A DNA stretch of 50,475 bases from a bacterium (Candidatus Blackallbacteria) CG13_big_fil_rev_8_21_14_2_50_49_14 (GCA_002783405.1 PFGG01000053.1:1-50475), one strand, 5' to 3'. Positions 29,265 through 39,295 are shown, counted from the first letter of the stretch. Made by a program: numbers and translations. The notes: a model not told the origin generated them from the sequence alone.

Positions 29265-29891
29265 ATGAGTCGTTATACAGGACCCAAAGAGCGGATCTCC
29301 CGTGCTCTGGGCCTCAACCTGTTTCTCAAAGGCAAACGCTATGAAGCAGGCAAGAGCGCCTTCCACAAGGGCCGGGGCCGTCCCGGACAGCATGGCCAAA
29401 GCCGGATTAAAGTTTCGGAATATGGTATGCGTCTGAAAGAAAAACAGAAACTTCGTTTTATGTACGGTGTTTCTGAAAAACAATTCCGTCGCTATTATGA
29501 TTTTGCAAACCAAAGCAAAGGCAGTACCGATGAGCGTTTCCTTCAATTCCTGGAAACCCGTCTGGACAACGTCGTCTATCGCATGAAATTTGCGACGACC
29601 CGTGCCCAAGCCCGTCAGTTCGTAAGCCACGGTCATATTCTCGTCAATGGCAAACGTGTCAACGTTGCTTCTTATAAAGTCAGAGCCAACGACAAAATTG
29701 AAGTTTTGGAAGCCAGCAAGAACTTTGTTCGCAACGCTGTCGAAGGTTTCGTAGGCGAAGTTGTTCCTGAGTGGATGACCTCTGATACCGAAGCCATGAC
29801 CGGTGAAGTTCTGCGCACACCTCTGCTCGACCAGATTGATACTGGCAAATTGATTCAAATCAACCTGATCATCGAGTTTTATTCTAAATAG
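29265..29891 (+). CDS. rpsD: 30S ribosomal protein S4
   Basis: Full-length match to the S4 architecture: MSRYTGPK...LSRA.G..LF, an S4 RNA-binding domain (RLDNVVYRMKFATTRAQARQFVSHGHILVNG), and the C-terminal INLIIEFYSK. Confidence 0.97.
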   Translation: MSRYTGPKERISRALGLNLFLKGKRYEAGKSAFHKGRGRPGQHGQSRIKVSEYGMRLKEKQKLRFMYGVSEKQFRRYYDFANQSKGSTDERFLQFLETRLDNVVYRMKFATTRAQARQFVSHGHILVNGKRVNVASYKVRANDKIEVLEASKNFVRNAVEGFVGEVVPEWMTSDTEAMTGEVLRTPLLDQIDTGKLIQINLIIEFYSK

Positions 29892-29961
29892 AGTGGTGCG
29901 ATGGGATTCAAAATCCCATGCCTGCGTGCTGGTTACAAGAATCAGGCACCATTCACAGGTA

Positions 29962-29992
29962 CCCTCCAGATCCTTTCTGGAGGGTTCTTTGT
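29962..29992 (+). terminator. Rho-independent terminator downstream of rpsD
   Basis: A 9-bp perfect stem CCCTCCAGA / TCTGGAGGG with a 5-nt loop, followed by TTCTTTGT. Confidence 0.6.
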
Positions 29993-30012
29993 ATCAAATT
30001 CAGGAGCCCATC

Positions 30013-30363
30013 ATGTCACTACAGCAATACGAATTTCTCGAAAAGATCGAGCACTATACGGGCCAGCAGGATCCCTATTCACTGCCTGACGATGTTCAAA
30101 ACTGGATTGTTCAGGAACTCGAAAAGCGCCTGCAGGTCATGCTGGAAAAATATCCTGAACTTCCGCTTGAAATATTTCGCACCCTGCGAACCTGGCAAAA
30201 TCTCCCAATTTTTATCATTGGGTTTCGTAAAGAGGATCAAACCTGGATCAAAGAAGCTTGGCATTACGGAATCAAGCCTGCTCCTGAAGGTGCAGCAGGT
30301 ATTCAATTGGTTTTGGATCGTGTACCCGTCAAACATTTTCAAGAGAACCCAGGTCATGTCTGA
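30013..30363 (+). CDS. Hypothetical protein (116 aa)
   Basis: An internal ATG with an AGGAG RBS 6 nt upstream, within the longer frame 29893..30363. No known motif. It overlaps the next gene by 8 nt. Confidence 0.5.
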   Translation: MSLQQYEFLEKIEHYTGQQDPYSLPDDVQNWIVQELEKRLQVMLEKYPELPLEIFRTLRTWQNLPIFIIGFRKEDQTWIKEAWHYGIKPAPEGAAGIQLVLDRVPVKHFQENPGHV

Positions 30364-30625
30364 GGCTCAGGAACCCAGTCGCAGCAAAAAACTGATCGCA
30401 GCTGGGCTTGGCATCTTGGCCTTGACCTATTTGCTCAACCCTGGAGCAGGTATTTTTGAAATCATTCCAGATAATCTACCGGTCTTGGGAAATCTGGATG
30501 AAGCAACAGCAGTGACCTTGCTCTTGACCTGCCTGCGTGTCTATGGATGGGATTTGACCGCCTGGTTGCCTGGCAAGAGGCAGAGACTTAAGGATTCTGA
30601 AACTGACAAGAAAAGCGCCCCCTAA
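30356..30625 (+). CDS. Small membrane protein of the DUF1232/YkvA type
   Basis: IIPDNLPVLGNLDEATAV matches the characteristic D-x-IP-x-LG-x-LDD motif of DUF1232. It has two predicted TM helices. Start chosen within the long frame 29918..30625. Confidence 0.6.
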   Translation: MSEAQEPSRSKKLIAAGLGILALTYLLNPGAGIFEIIPDNLPVLGNLDEATAVTLLLTCLRVYGWDLTAWLPGKRQRLKDSETDKKSAP

Positions 30626-30665
30626 AAGGCAGGGGCCCAAACAGCCTCTGTGCGCTTCAAATCAA

Positions 30666-32264
30666 TCAGACCTCTTCCCCCAATAAGGAAGTAAGACCTT
30701 CCCCCAGATTCAGTTGAATGGGTGCATCGTCGTTCCCAAAAAGCGAGGTCAACCCTTCTCCTAAATTGAGGTTCAGAGGCTGCTCTTCATCGCCAAACAG
30801 CGAGGTCAATCCCTCTGCGGAGTTTTCTAAAGGTGAAGGCTCTGGCGTGTCTTTGACAGGCAGGAAACGGGCAGCGCGAATCATCAGTTTATGGGGTTGG
30901 ATCTCAGACAGGGTATCTTTTGGAGGATCAAAGGAAGGATCTTCAAAGAAATCGCCATTTTCAATTGAAATAATCTTATAAAAAGCTTCTTCACCTTCCA
31001 AATCTTTGTACATTGCGTGCACAAAGCGTCCTCTGTCAATATATATTTTGGCATCGATATGGGTAGCCAAATCACGGATATGCAGTTTCTTGCGATCCAG
31101 GGCTGAAAGATTGAGTTGCACGAAATCAAAGACCCCAATCTGACTGAGAAATCCTTTGAAGCCCATTTGACTGATTTCAGCCAGCAATTGTTTGAGCTTA
31201 CGCAGATTGATCGGCTTTGCCAAGAGACGAATCTTACCAATATTGCCCATTTCTTCAAGCTCGTCTTCACTGACATTGACAATTGCCACAACCGGAGATT
31301 GAGGGTAATGCTGTTGAAGCCATTTTAAAAAGCTCTGCTGACTGAGGGTATCGGTAATGACCAGATCGACAGGCTCATCGTCCAAGGCCGCCATCGCTTC
31401 TTGAGGGGTTTTTAAAGAAATACAATTGAAACCCTCCGTAAACAGGGTTCGCTGAATAATCATCCGACTCATCGGATCGGTATCCACCAACAGAATATTG
31501 CGAACCGAAACCGGTCCCTGACTGGCAAAAGGATCCTGAGGATTGAGCAATTCGTCCATGGAGGTAGCGGCATTCATGGAGAGATTATCAAAAGGCATTT
31601 GAATGCTAATTTTACTGGGTTCCTGCCAGTTTTTCTCTTGAAATTCGCCATTTTTAAACTGAACAATTCGATTAAAAGCCTCGGCCCCTTCAGATTTCAA
31701 CTCACGTTCAAGCGTACGGGCATTGGTGACATAGAGTTCAGCATGAATGACTTCCCCCCCACGCAAATAGAGAATACCTTCTGTTCGCGTAAATTGGTCA
31801 TTAAACGTCACTAGGCACTGCGGCTTATTCATGCGCATGACTTGCAAAAGGTCAATTACGTTCATGCGTTGCACTTGGCCCACCAACCCCGTGTCCTGTT
31901 GATCGAGCATTTCCAAAAGTCTGCGGGTGGGCAAGGGCTTCGGCAAAAAACCCAAGACTGATTTGTGTTGTCTCAAATCATCAAGAACAGCCGAGAAATC
32001 CTCATCGGGATTGGCGATTAAAATGACTTTTCGTTTGGGATAATTTTCACAGACCCACAGGGCCAGTTCTTCCCCTTCTTCATCAGGCATGTCCAAACAG
32101 GCAATCACAAAGTCGAAGGGTCGGTTTTTGAAGCGTTGCGTGGCTTGGTAGAGTTCATCTTCAAAGACCAACTCCCATTCATCCGACGCAAGCATCTGCT
32201 GCAAATGCCTGCGGTGTGAAGGGTCTTCATCAAAAATTAGAATTCGCTTGCTCTTGGGGGACAT
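30666..32264 (-). CDS. Response-regulator-like protein with REC-DUF4388-REC-DUF4388 architecture and a C-terminal tandem (N)LGEGLTSLFG repeat
   Basis: The first REC-like domain has ILIFDEDP and CLDMPDEEG. Two DUF4388/PATAN-like blocks are present: MNVIDLLQVM...GGEVIHAE and IGVFDFVQLN...GRFVHAMY. The second receiver lacks the canonical D-MP. The C-terminus reads AEGLTSLFGDEEQPLNLNLGEGLTSLFGNDDAPIQLNLGEGLTSLLGEEV. Confidence 0.78.
   Translation of the reverse strand: MSPKSKRILIFDEDPSHRRHLQQMLASDEWELVFEDELYQATQRFKNRPFDFVIACLDMPDEEGEELALWVCENYPKRKVILIANPDEDFSAVLDDLRQHKSVLGFLPKPLPTRRLLEMLDQQDTGLVGQVQRMNVIDLLQVMRMNKPQCLVTFNDQFTRTEGILYLRGGEVIHAELYVTNARTLERELKSEGAEAFNRIVQFKNGEFQEKNWQEPSKISIQMPFDNLSMNAATSMDELLNPQDPFASQGPVSVRNILLVDTDPMSRMIIQRTLFTEGFNCISLKTPQEAMAALDDEPVDLVITDTLSQQSFLKWLQQHYPQSPVVAIVNVSEDELEEMGNIGKIRLLAKPINLRKLKQLLAEISQMGFKGFLSQIGVFDFVQLNLSALDRKKLHIRDLATHIDAKIYIDRGRFVHAMYKDLEGEEAFYKIISIENGDFFEDPSFDPPKDTLSEIQPHKLMIRAARFLPVKDTPEPSPLENSAEGLTSLFGDEEQPLNLNLGEGLTSLFGNDDAPIQLNLGEGLTSLLGEEV
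30686..30828 (-). repeat. About 2.5 copies of a 57-bp tandem repeat, all within the coding 3' end of the 30666..32264 gene
   Basis: Seen directly: the units aaaaagcgaggtcaacccttctcc... and aaacagcgaggtcaatccctctgc... plus a more diverged first copy. They encode the LNLGEGLTSLFG peptide repeats. Confidence 0.7.
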
Positions 32265-32439
32265 GAAAATAGCATACCTCTCTCAAAATGCATGAAACGA
32301 AGAGGCTGCTCAAAGCCTGATCAAAACCTAAAGTTTCATACCCAATAAACTAATTTTAACATAATAAGGCCCCAGAATGCGGCAGGGTTCAAGCACAGTA
32401 AAATACTAAATTTCTCCGGATTATAGCGTATTTTGTTGA

Positions 32440-34548
32440 CTAGGGTTTGAGTGGTTTGGCTTCAAAACTTCCATTGGGTTGAACAAAAATAACCCGTTTT
32501 AACCGTTCTGCCTGAAACTCAAAGCGCACCTGGTAGCCCTCAAGATCTTTCAATTTGAAAAGATCACGCTTGACCGCTTCCAGCACAAACGCAGGTTGGC
32601 CACTTGCACGGACCTGAAGATGCTCCCCTTTCAAGGAGATCTCAACCCGTATACCCGCCAGATCAAAAGCACCTTGATAGCGTTTGAGAAATGCTGGATT
32701 CAGCATTTCTGGAGGGGCCTGGCGTTCAAAGCGAATCGCTTCGGCCAGATTATCCAATTTAAGCTCTACACTTTGAATATCCCCCTCAAGATTGTTCAAA
32801 AAATGCACCCAAAGTTTATCCAAAATGGCATCGGGCTCTTTCACAACAAAGGTATCGTAATGCCAATGTTCGATTTTCCCCCCCAAATCCCGGTAGCCCA
32901 GTCTGAGCTTGCCCGCTTGAGATTCGAGTTTCAGTTCGCCATACGCAGGGTGATGATAAGTCCCCAGATAGTCCTGCAGTGGATGCGAAGGGTGGGTATT
33001 GGGAACACGCGTTCTTAAATCCTGACCCTTCACAATTTTTTCAGCCATTTCCATGCCCGGCTTGATGCGCGCACTCCAATCCAAAGGCTCAAGTTCCAGC
33101 AGCAAATCACTGAGTTCCATGCTCAAAAGTGAGGGCAAGGGATCATGTTCTTGATTGCTTAAAATGACCAAGCCTATTTTCTTTTCAGGCAAAAGGCTCA
33201 CCAAGGCTGAATAGCCATCAATATTGCCACCGTGAGAGATCATCTGGTGTCCCCGGTAGGGGTGAATCATCCAACCCATGCCATAAAGCGTATAGGGAAT
33301 TTCAGGATAACTGGCATGGCTGTTCATGATCACCTGGGGGCTGTGGAGTTCCTTTAAACTGCTTTCAGAAAGCAGGGGCTTCTCCTGCCAGTTGCCCTTG
33401 CCCAGGTTAAAAATGAGCCATTGCGCCATATCCCGCGCACTGGAATGGATTGCTCCCGCAGGCGCAGCCCCTGCCAAGCTGCGGTAGGGAATCCTTTTGA
33501 TTTGATTCTGACGTTTGGCATAGGGCAGAGCATGATCGGGTTCCTGCTGAAAAGCAGACAATGAAGTCAAACTGCGCTTCATGCCCAAAGGCTCAAACAA
33601 TTCAGTCTGAATTTGCTCCTCCCAGGAGTGTGCACCCAATTTTTCGGCCAAATACCCCGCTGTCATATACATCAGATTCTGATACTGAAATTGATTGCGA
33701 AAGTCCGCTGTAAAATCCAAATATTTCAAACGCTGGTAGAGAGCTTCCCGATCCAGTTCTGCTCCATACCAGACCAAATCATGGCGCGGCAGTCCTGAAC
33801 GGTGAGTCAGCAGATCACGGGTTGTTAAATGCTCACTGGCAAAGCTTTGTTTCAAACGAAAATCCGGCAGATAGGTTTGAATCGGGGCATCCCAATCCAG
33901 CTTTCCCTGATCCACCAAAATGCCCAAGAGTGAAGCTGTAAAGGCTTTGGTACAGGAGCCAATCGCAAAGAGCGTATCAGGCCCGACAGGCAGTTTTTTT
34001 TCAAGATTGCGTTGTCCAAAGCCCTCTGCAATTAATACCCGATCCCCTTTTACCAAGGCAACCCCCAAACCAGGGGTTTTCCACTCTTTGCGGCGCTGCT
34101 CAATTTTTTCACGCAAGGAGTCGATCAGGGCCTCTTCCTTGGCTGCGGCTTGAAGCTGAGCTTCGGCATTGGGGCGTTTCAGCGCAAACGCAAAAGTTTG
34201 CCCGCCCTGCGAAAATTGACCCTTCAGCTCGGATTCTTCAGGATTCAATTCCCCGTCAAAACTGGGGTTTCCAGGAATCCCGGCAATGCTGAAACGCATT
34301 TTCTGTTTATCCAGAACAATCGCAGACAGGGGAAGATTTTTTGAGTTTTGCGCGGGGATATCAATACTGCCTTGCCAAACGCCTTCAGCATTCTGGCGAA
34401 GATGTACGACCACCTCAAGGGCTTGTCCTGGGATCTGTATTGTCCCCTGCCATTCCCCTGTAGGCAGCGCAAATACGGGAGTAACCCACAGACAGGAACT
34501 CAAGCAAAATCCCACTAAAATGCTGCGCAAAATCTGGCTTTTTCTCAT
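32440..34548 (-). CDS. Secreted serine hydrolase of the beta-lactamase/transpeptidase fold (class C-like) with N-terminal and C-terminal accessory domains
   Basis: Signal peptide. An S-x-x-K active-site motif in LFAIGSCTKAFTASLLG. A Y-x-N-like motif. HGGNIDGYSALV matches the KTG/HxG box region. 702 aa. Confidence 0.82.
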   Translation of the reverse strand: MRKSQILRSILVGFCLSSCLWVTPVFALPTGEWQGTIQIPGQALEVVVHLRQNAEGVWQGSIDIPAQNSKNLPLSAIVLDKQKMRFSIAGIPGNPSFDGELNPEESELKGQFSQGGQTFAFALKRPNAEAQLQAAAKEEALIDSLREKIEQRRKEWKTPGLGVALVKGDRVLIAEGFGQRNLEKKLPVGPDTLFAIGSCTKAFTASLLGILVDQGKLDWDAPIQTYLPDFRLKQSFASEHLTTRDLLTHRSGLPRHDLVWYGAELDREALYQRLKYLDFTADFRNQFQYQNLMYMTAGYLAEKLGAHSWEEQIQTELFEPLGMKRSLTSLSAFQQEPDHALPYAKRQNQIKRIPYRSLAGAAPAGAIHSSARDMAQWLIFNLGKGNWQEKPLLSESSLKELHSPQVIMNSHASYPEIPYTLYGMGWMIHPYRGHQMISHGGNIDGYSALVSLLPEKKIGLVILSNQEHDPLPSLLSMELSDLLLELEPLDWSARIKPGMEMAEKIVKGQDLRTRVPNTHPSHPLQDYLGTYHHPAYGELKLESQAGKLRLGYRDLGGKIEHWHYDTFVVKEPDAILDKLWVHFLNNLEGDIQSVELKLDNLAEAIRFERQAPPEMLNPAFLKRYQGAFDLAGIRVEISLKGEHLQVRASGQPAFVLEAVKRDLFKLKDLEGYQVRFEFQAERLKRVIFVQPNGSFEAKPLKP

Positions 34549-34665
34549 CAGTCAAGAAACTCCCATAGTAAATTGCCTCTAATATAGCAAATCTCAACCT
34601 GGATTGCAGATTGTGGTCAATCAGCCTAAACTGAAAAGGTCAGACCAAGCAAAGGACACCGCACA

Positions 34666-35247
34666 ATGGATCGCATGACCGTTCTCTTCTGGTGTGTGAT
34701 GAGCCTGCTGATTGGCTCTTCAGTTTTCTATGGGGTTTCAGCAGAAAAACAACGACACACCCAATCAGCTAACGCTTCACCTTTAATCAGTGGCGATCTG
34801 GTCAAGCTTGAAAAACTAATCGATGGAGACTCACTCCTAGTTTCAAAAGCAGATCAGACGGGACTTCCTATCCGCCTGTTGGGTATCAAAGCATTCGATG
34901 CAAAAATTGAAAAGGCAGTTTACTCCTCTGTTGCAAGAGCGGGCCTGAAACATCTTGAAAGTTTAACCTCAGGTAAATTATTGCGTGTGCAGTTAAACAC
35001 CCAAGCAGAAAAAGATAAACATGATCGCTATCTTGCAACGCTCTACGCTGAAGATGAAGACGTTGCGCTCAACCTGATTCGGGAGGGATGGGTTCTGGTC
35101 TATACGGTCTATCCGTTTGGTGCTATGCAACTCTATCTCCATGAGCAAACCCTTGCAAAGCAGGCCAAACGGGGTCTTTGGGCAGATCCTCAGACGCAGG
35201 CCTATGCGCAGTCATTGATTCGATCCTGGCGCAACCAGACAGAATAG
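34666..35247 (+). CDS. Thermonuclease (staphylococcal nuclease, SNase-like) with an N-terminal membrane anchor or signal
   Basis: GDLVKLEKLIDGDSLLV, RLLGIKAFD, DKHDRYLATLYAEDEDVALNLIREGWV and LVYTVYP follow the SNase OB-fold pattern (DGDT...R.IG.DAPE...DRYGR.LA.V...G.D.N..LV..G.A). Confidence 0.78.
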   Translation: MDRMTVLFWCVMSLLIGSSVFYGVSAEKQRHTQSANASPLISGDLVKLEKLIDGDSLLVSKADQTGLPIRLLGIKAFDAKIEKAVYSSVARAGLKHLESLTSGKLLRVQLNTQAEKDKHDRYLATLYAEDEDVALNLIREGWVLVYTVYPFGAMQLYLHEQTLAKQAKRGLWADPQTQAYAQSLIRSWRNQTE

Positions 35248-35256
35248 GAGTTTTCT

Positions 35257-36300
35257 ATGCTGCAATACATGATGCAAATCTTTGACCGCAAGCTTTTGAG
35301 AAACCCGCCTCCCACGCTCCGGGTTTTGGGACTGATGGTGGCGATTTTGCTCTATGGAACCACCGGTTATCTTTATTTCGAGTTGCCAGCAAACCCTGAT
35401 TTAAATTGGTTCGATGCCTTCTGGTATACCCTCGTCACCATGACCACAGTAGGATACGGTGACTTCTTCCCCAAAAGCTTGGGCGGCCGATTTTTGGTAG
35501 GGGGGCCGATTATGATCTTTGGCATTGGTCTCTTGGGCTATGCCTTATCGCTGATCGCAGCCGCACTGATCACGTCTAAAACAAAGGAAATCAAGGGAAT
35601 GTCAACTTTTAAATTTAAAGAGCATTTAATTGTCTTCAACTATGCAGGTTTAGCAAAAATCATCCGTGTCTTGGACGAATTGGCCATCGATCCCTCCGTG
35701 GGTGAAATGCCCGTGATTTTAGTCGATGAATTTCTCGATGAATTGCCTGAAGAGCTGCAAAGAAAAGGTGTACATTATATCAAAGGCAATCCTACTCGGG
35801 ATCAGACCTTATCGCGGGCCAATATTGACTTCGCAAAGCACGCCATTGTGCTCACACGCAATTCCAATGATCCTGCTTCTGATCATCTCAATGTTTCGAT
35901 TGCGCTTGCCGTTGAAGGTCGCAACCGGGCCGTCAACAGTGTGGTCGAGTGTATCGATCCCAGTTTTGAAGAACTTTTGCGTAAAGCAGGCAGCGATCGG
36001 ATCGTCTGCAGCAGCCGTTTTGATGCCCATTTCTTAAGCCAGGAACTGCTAAACCCCGGAATTCAGGAAGTCTTGGGCCAATTACTCACCCTGACACGGG
36101 GCCAACAGTTTTATTTAATCCCAGCTTCAAATAATGCAAATTTTTCTGAGTTTGCAAACAGAGGCCAACGCCAGGGGCATATTGTACTGGGCATCTGTGA
36201 TCTCCAAAATCAGATTCTGCTCAATCCCCCCGCTGAACAAAGCGTATTGGCAGGCGATCGTGTGATTACGATTGGCGCAAATCGCCTGGAAAAGCTTTAA
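35257..36300 (+). CDS. Two-TM potassium channel with a cytoplasmic RCK/TrkA-like domain (MthK-like)
   Basis: K+ selectivity filter TTVGYGD between two TM helices, followed by a Rossmann-like RCK domain (HLIVFNYAGLAKIIRVLDE...). There is a 9-nt gap after the nuclease gene, indicating an operon. Confidence 0.85.
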   Translation: MLQYMMQIFDRKLLRNPPPTLRVLGLMVAILLYGTTGYLYFELPANPDLNWFDAFWYTLVTMTTVGYGDFFPKSLGGRFLVGGPIMIFGIGLLGYALSLIAAALITSKTKEIKGMSTFKFKEHLIVFNYAGLAKIIRVLDELAIDPSVGEMPVILVDEFLDELPEELQRKGVHYIKGNPTRDQTLSRANIDFAKHAIVLTRNSNDPASDHLNVSIALAVEGRNRAVNSVVECIDPSFEELLRKAGSDRIVCSSRFDAHFLSQELLNPGIQEVLGQLLTLTRGQQFYLIPASNNANFSEFANRGQRQGHIVLGICDLQNQILLNPPAEQSVLAGDRVITIGANRLEKL

Positions 36301-36310
36301 CAAGCAAGAA

Positions 36311-37180
36311 TCAATAGTATCCGCCCGTATCAGGGGGTTGGCTTGAAAAAGTCACTCCCACGGCAGTGACACACAGCAAAATAGCGCAAACCAGGGAAAG
36401 CCCCAGCCTCAAAACAGGTGATTTGTTTTTGAGTCCGGGCAGATAGCCGAGCCAGACAGTATGCGGTGCAAGCAGAGGGAGCAAAGCCCAAGCCGAGAGA
36501 TCTGCGAAAAAATAGCCACTGGCCAAAAGCAAACTTAAAACCAGACTGGCAAAGCCCCAAATACCCCGCCTTGAAAGCACCGGAAAAATAAGCCGCAAAA
36601 CAAAAACCGCTCCCAAGAGTACGGCCAAAATCAAAGCCTGCTGGCTTAAAACCACACTGTGCCCCAGCATCAACAGGGCACCTGAGGCTGCACTCACGCC
36701 AGAAAAGATCAGCAAAGAACTTTCATTATTTGCATCAAAGGCATCCAAATGGTCAAGCAATGACCATTGGATCAGCGCAAAACAAGCCAAAACCAAAGCC
36801 CACACAAGCCAAGCTTTTTGTCCCATACTCTCGCGCAAAGGGGTAAGTAAAAGCAAGAAACCCAGGCCAGACAAGAGCAAGCGAATTCCCATCTGCAAAA
36901 ACCGGGGCAGCTGAAATTGGGCTTGAAGCGCCCCCACCAAGATCAGCGGCAAGACCCCAAAATAGATCCATTGCGTGCTGTCTGATGGGGGAAAATCGGG
37001 CCAAGCTTTTTCAAACAAGCGGGCCCAACCCAGCAAAAACCCAAAACCCAAAGCCAAAGGGGGCAAAAAGGCTGGATAAGCTTTCTTTTTCCCCCTCAAG
37101 ACAAGGGGTAAAATCAAAAGGCCAGTGCTCAGCACAAGCGCAAAACTCAAAGACCAGAAGAGAGCTTGAACAATGGCCAT
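36311..37180 (-). CDS. Polytopic integral membrane protein (about 8 TM), function unknown
   Basis: 289 aa, dominated by hydrophobic helices, with no soluble domain. Confidence 0.55.
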   Translation of the reverse strand: MAIVQALFWSLSFALVLSTGLLILPLVLRGKKKAYPAFLPPLALGFGFLLGWARLFEKAWPDFPPSDSTQWIYFGVLPLILVGALQAQFQLPRFLQMGIRLLLSGLGFLLLLTPLRESMGQKAWLVWALVLACFALIQWSLLDHLDAFDANNESSLLIFSGVSAASGALLMLGHSVVLSQQALILAVLLGAVFVLRLIFPVLSRRGIWGFASLVLSLLLASGYFFADLSAWALLPLLAPHTVWLGYLPGLKNKSPVLRLGLSLVCAILLCVTAVGVTFSSQPPDTGGYY

Positions 37181-37189
37181 AGTGAGTGC

Positions 37190-37795
37190 TTACTTCTTGA
37201 TGCCTTCAAAACTGAGAATCAGCGTCACCTCATCGCTGAGGCCACCTTCTTTGATATAGGTGGTCATGCCAAATTGACTCCGTTTAAGCGTAATCATCGC
37301 TTCCCCGCCCATGCGGTATTCTCCCTGCATGCCCTTGCCTTCACCTGTCTTTTTAAAGGTAAAGCTGAGCGGTTTGCTAACACCGTGCAGGGTCAAAATA
37401 CCACTTACTTTGTATTGACCAGCGCCAGCACGTTCTACTTTACTGCTTTTAAAACTGAGCTGAGGAAACTGTTTGACATTGAAAAAATCAGGACTGCGCA
37501 AATGGTCATCACGTTTGCTGGCATTGGTATCCACGCTGGCAGCTTCTGCCTTAATTTCAACTTTGCTTTGAGCAGGATTTTTCTCATCTACCACCACCGT
37601 TCCGCTAAAACGGTTAAAACGACCATATTGGTAGCCGATATTCAAATGCTTGATTTTAAAAATCAGATGTGAATGGACAGGATCAATTTCATAGGTATTG
37701 GCAGCCAAAACAGGCTGGGCAAATCCTGCCAACAAGGCCAGGGAAAGAGTTGATTTCAGAAGATTTTTAAACAGGATCATCGCAGTGAACTCCAA
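37190..37795 (-). CDS. YceI-family periplasmic protein
   Basis: A signal peptide is followed by YEIDPVHSHLIFKIKHLNIGYQYGRFNRFSGTV, the YceI-like domain signature. Confidence 0.85.
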   Translation of the reverse strand: MEFTAMILFKNLLKSTLSLALLAGFAQPVLAANTYEIDPVHSHLIFKIKHLNIGYQYGRFNRFSGTVVVDEKNPAQSKVEIKAEAASVDTNASKRDDHLRSPDFFNVKQFPQLSFKSSKVERAGAGQYKVSGILTLHGVSKPLSFTFKKTGEGKGMQGEYRMGGEAMITLKRSQFGMTTYIKEGGLSDEVTLILSFEGIKK

Positions 37796-37870
37796 TTAAT
37801 TTAATATTATATGTTTCGATATTAAACTATTAATGCGATTCTGACAAGCAATAAAAGCTCAGCTTAATGA

Positions 37871-38977
37871 TTAAAGAACTTTGAGCAGATTGGTATAGAC
37901 CCAGTCTGCCACCAAATTATGGGGCAATACTCCCCAGGCATAAATATAGGCCAGAATCACCAGGCCCAAACTTGCAAATTTAAAAGCCTTGGTGCGCAGG
38001 ATCTGATCGTAGCCGATGACCAGGGCAAAAGGCGCTATCGGTAAAAGATAGCGGCTGAGATCCTCATGAAAAACAAAGAGATTAAAACCATAAAAAACGG
38101 CTGCATACCAAAAGAAGAGGGGGTACTGCCAGAGCAGCAAGACCCCCAGACCATAGAGCAAATACATTCCCAAATAAAACTCAGCAGCATGGGCATTGCC
38201 TGAACCGGCATAGCTTAAAAAGATATCCAGGGGACGGGCATGTATTAGCTTATTATTCCAATGAAAATACGCAAGAAAATCGCCATATTGAAAATGGTAA
38301 AAGCTGAAGGTTGCCAGCAAGGGCAGCGCAATCAACGCCAAAAGAGGAATGCGCAGCCAATTGCGTTCTCGCACCAGCAGGATCAGATAAACCAAACCCA
38401 AAAGAATCCCTGTGATTCGGGTAATTCCCGCCAAGCCGGCCACCACAAAAGCCCAGGTATAGTGTTTGCGTAAATACAAGAGCAGCGAGAGGCAAATCAG
38501 AAACAGAAAGGGGGCTTCAGTGGCACCTACACTGTGATAAATCAACCACCGGGCGGGCAAAAACAAAGAGATCAAAGCTGACCAAAAAGGGCTGGCAACA
38601 GCGCCACTTTCTTTCACAAGCTGATAAAACGTGAGCGTCGCCAAAACCGAAAACAAGACGGTCGTAAACAGCATGGCAACGGGATAGCCCATAAAAGAAA
38701 AAGCCCTGATGGCCAACGGGTAAAAAGGCAAATGACAGGCAAAATAGGCAGGCGTGGTTTTATAGGGAACAAAGGGGTGATCGACAGGAATCTGGTAGAG
38801 GGTTTTGGCAACATACATATAATTCGGCCCATCCCAAAAACGGGTAAGCACCGTTGCGTCACCCAAAAGAAAAGGCAGGTAAAGCAGCAATGAAGAAAGA
38901 ACCGCAGCACTACCCAGTAAAAGGAGATGGACGCGCGTCAAATTATAGCGTTGAACCAAATTGGAAAAGGAATTCAT
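37871..38977 (-). CDS. Polytopic membrane protein, possibly a GT-C-fold glycosyltransferase or mannosyltransferase-like
   Basis: 368 aa with about 10 TM helices. The N-terminal loop carries an Asp-containing motif (LGDATVLTRFWDGPNYMY). The family assignment is tentative. Confidence 0.5.
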   Translation of the reverse strand: MNSFSNLVQRYNLTRVHLLLLGSAAVLSSLLLYLPFLLGDATVLTRFWDGPNYMYVAKTLYQIPVDHPFVPYKTTPAYFACHLPFYPLAIRAFSFMGYPVAMLFTTVLFSVLATLTFYQLVKESGAVASPFWSALISLFLPARWLIYHSVGATEAPFLFLICLSLLLYLRKHYTWAFVVAGLAGITRITGILLGLVYLILLVRERNWLRIPLLALIALPLLATFSFYHFQYGDFLAYFHWNNKLIHARPLDIFLSYAGSGNAHAAEFYLGMYLLYGLGVLLLWQYPLFFWYAAVFYGFNLFVFHEDLSRYLLPIAPFALVIGYDQILRTKAFKFASLGLVILAYIYAWGVLPHNLVADWVYTNLLKVL

Positions 38978-39295
38978 CTTGACTGCTCATTTCCCTCCGT
39001 TAAATCATCATTCGAAAATCTTACTCAGGATACCTGATTTCTTGAATGAATGCGGAATCTTAGCGTACGCCACTATCCGCCTTTTGATTCCACTGATGCC
39101 AAGCGTCTTCTGAAGCCATTTTATGCGGGTCAAAATGCATGCATTCAGTTTTGCCCTGGGCATCATTCAAACGAGAGAAATGCTTAGCATAAATGCCATC
39201 AGGTGCTTGCTTAATTGATTAAAATATATTAATATATAAACAATTGACCCATTTGAAATGGTTTCACAAGACCCTTCAAATATCAACTACCCCTG

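Noticed and set aside
29893-30625. Long alternative frames 29893..30363 and 29918..30625
   Set aside because: Their 5' parts lack RBSs and overlap the rpsD terminator. Internal ATGs with RBS-like sequences give compact genes whose products make sense (the DUF1232 motif).
30666-30680. C-terminal ...GEEV resembling the EEVD chaperone-docking motif
   Set aside because: It is not EEVD, and the resemblance is probably coincidental.
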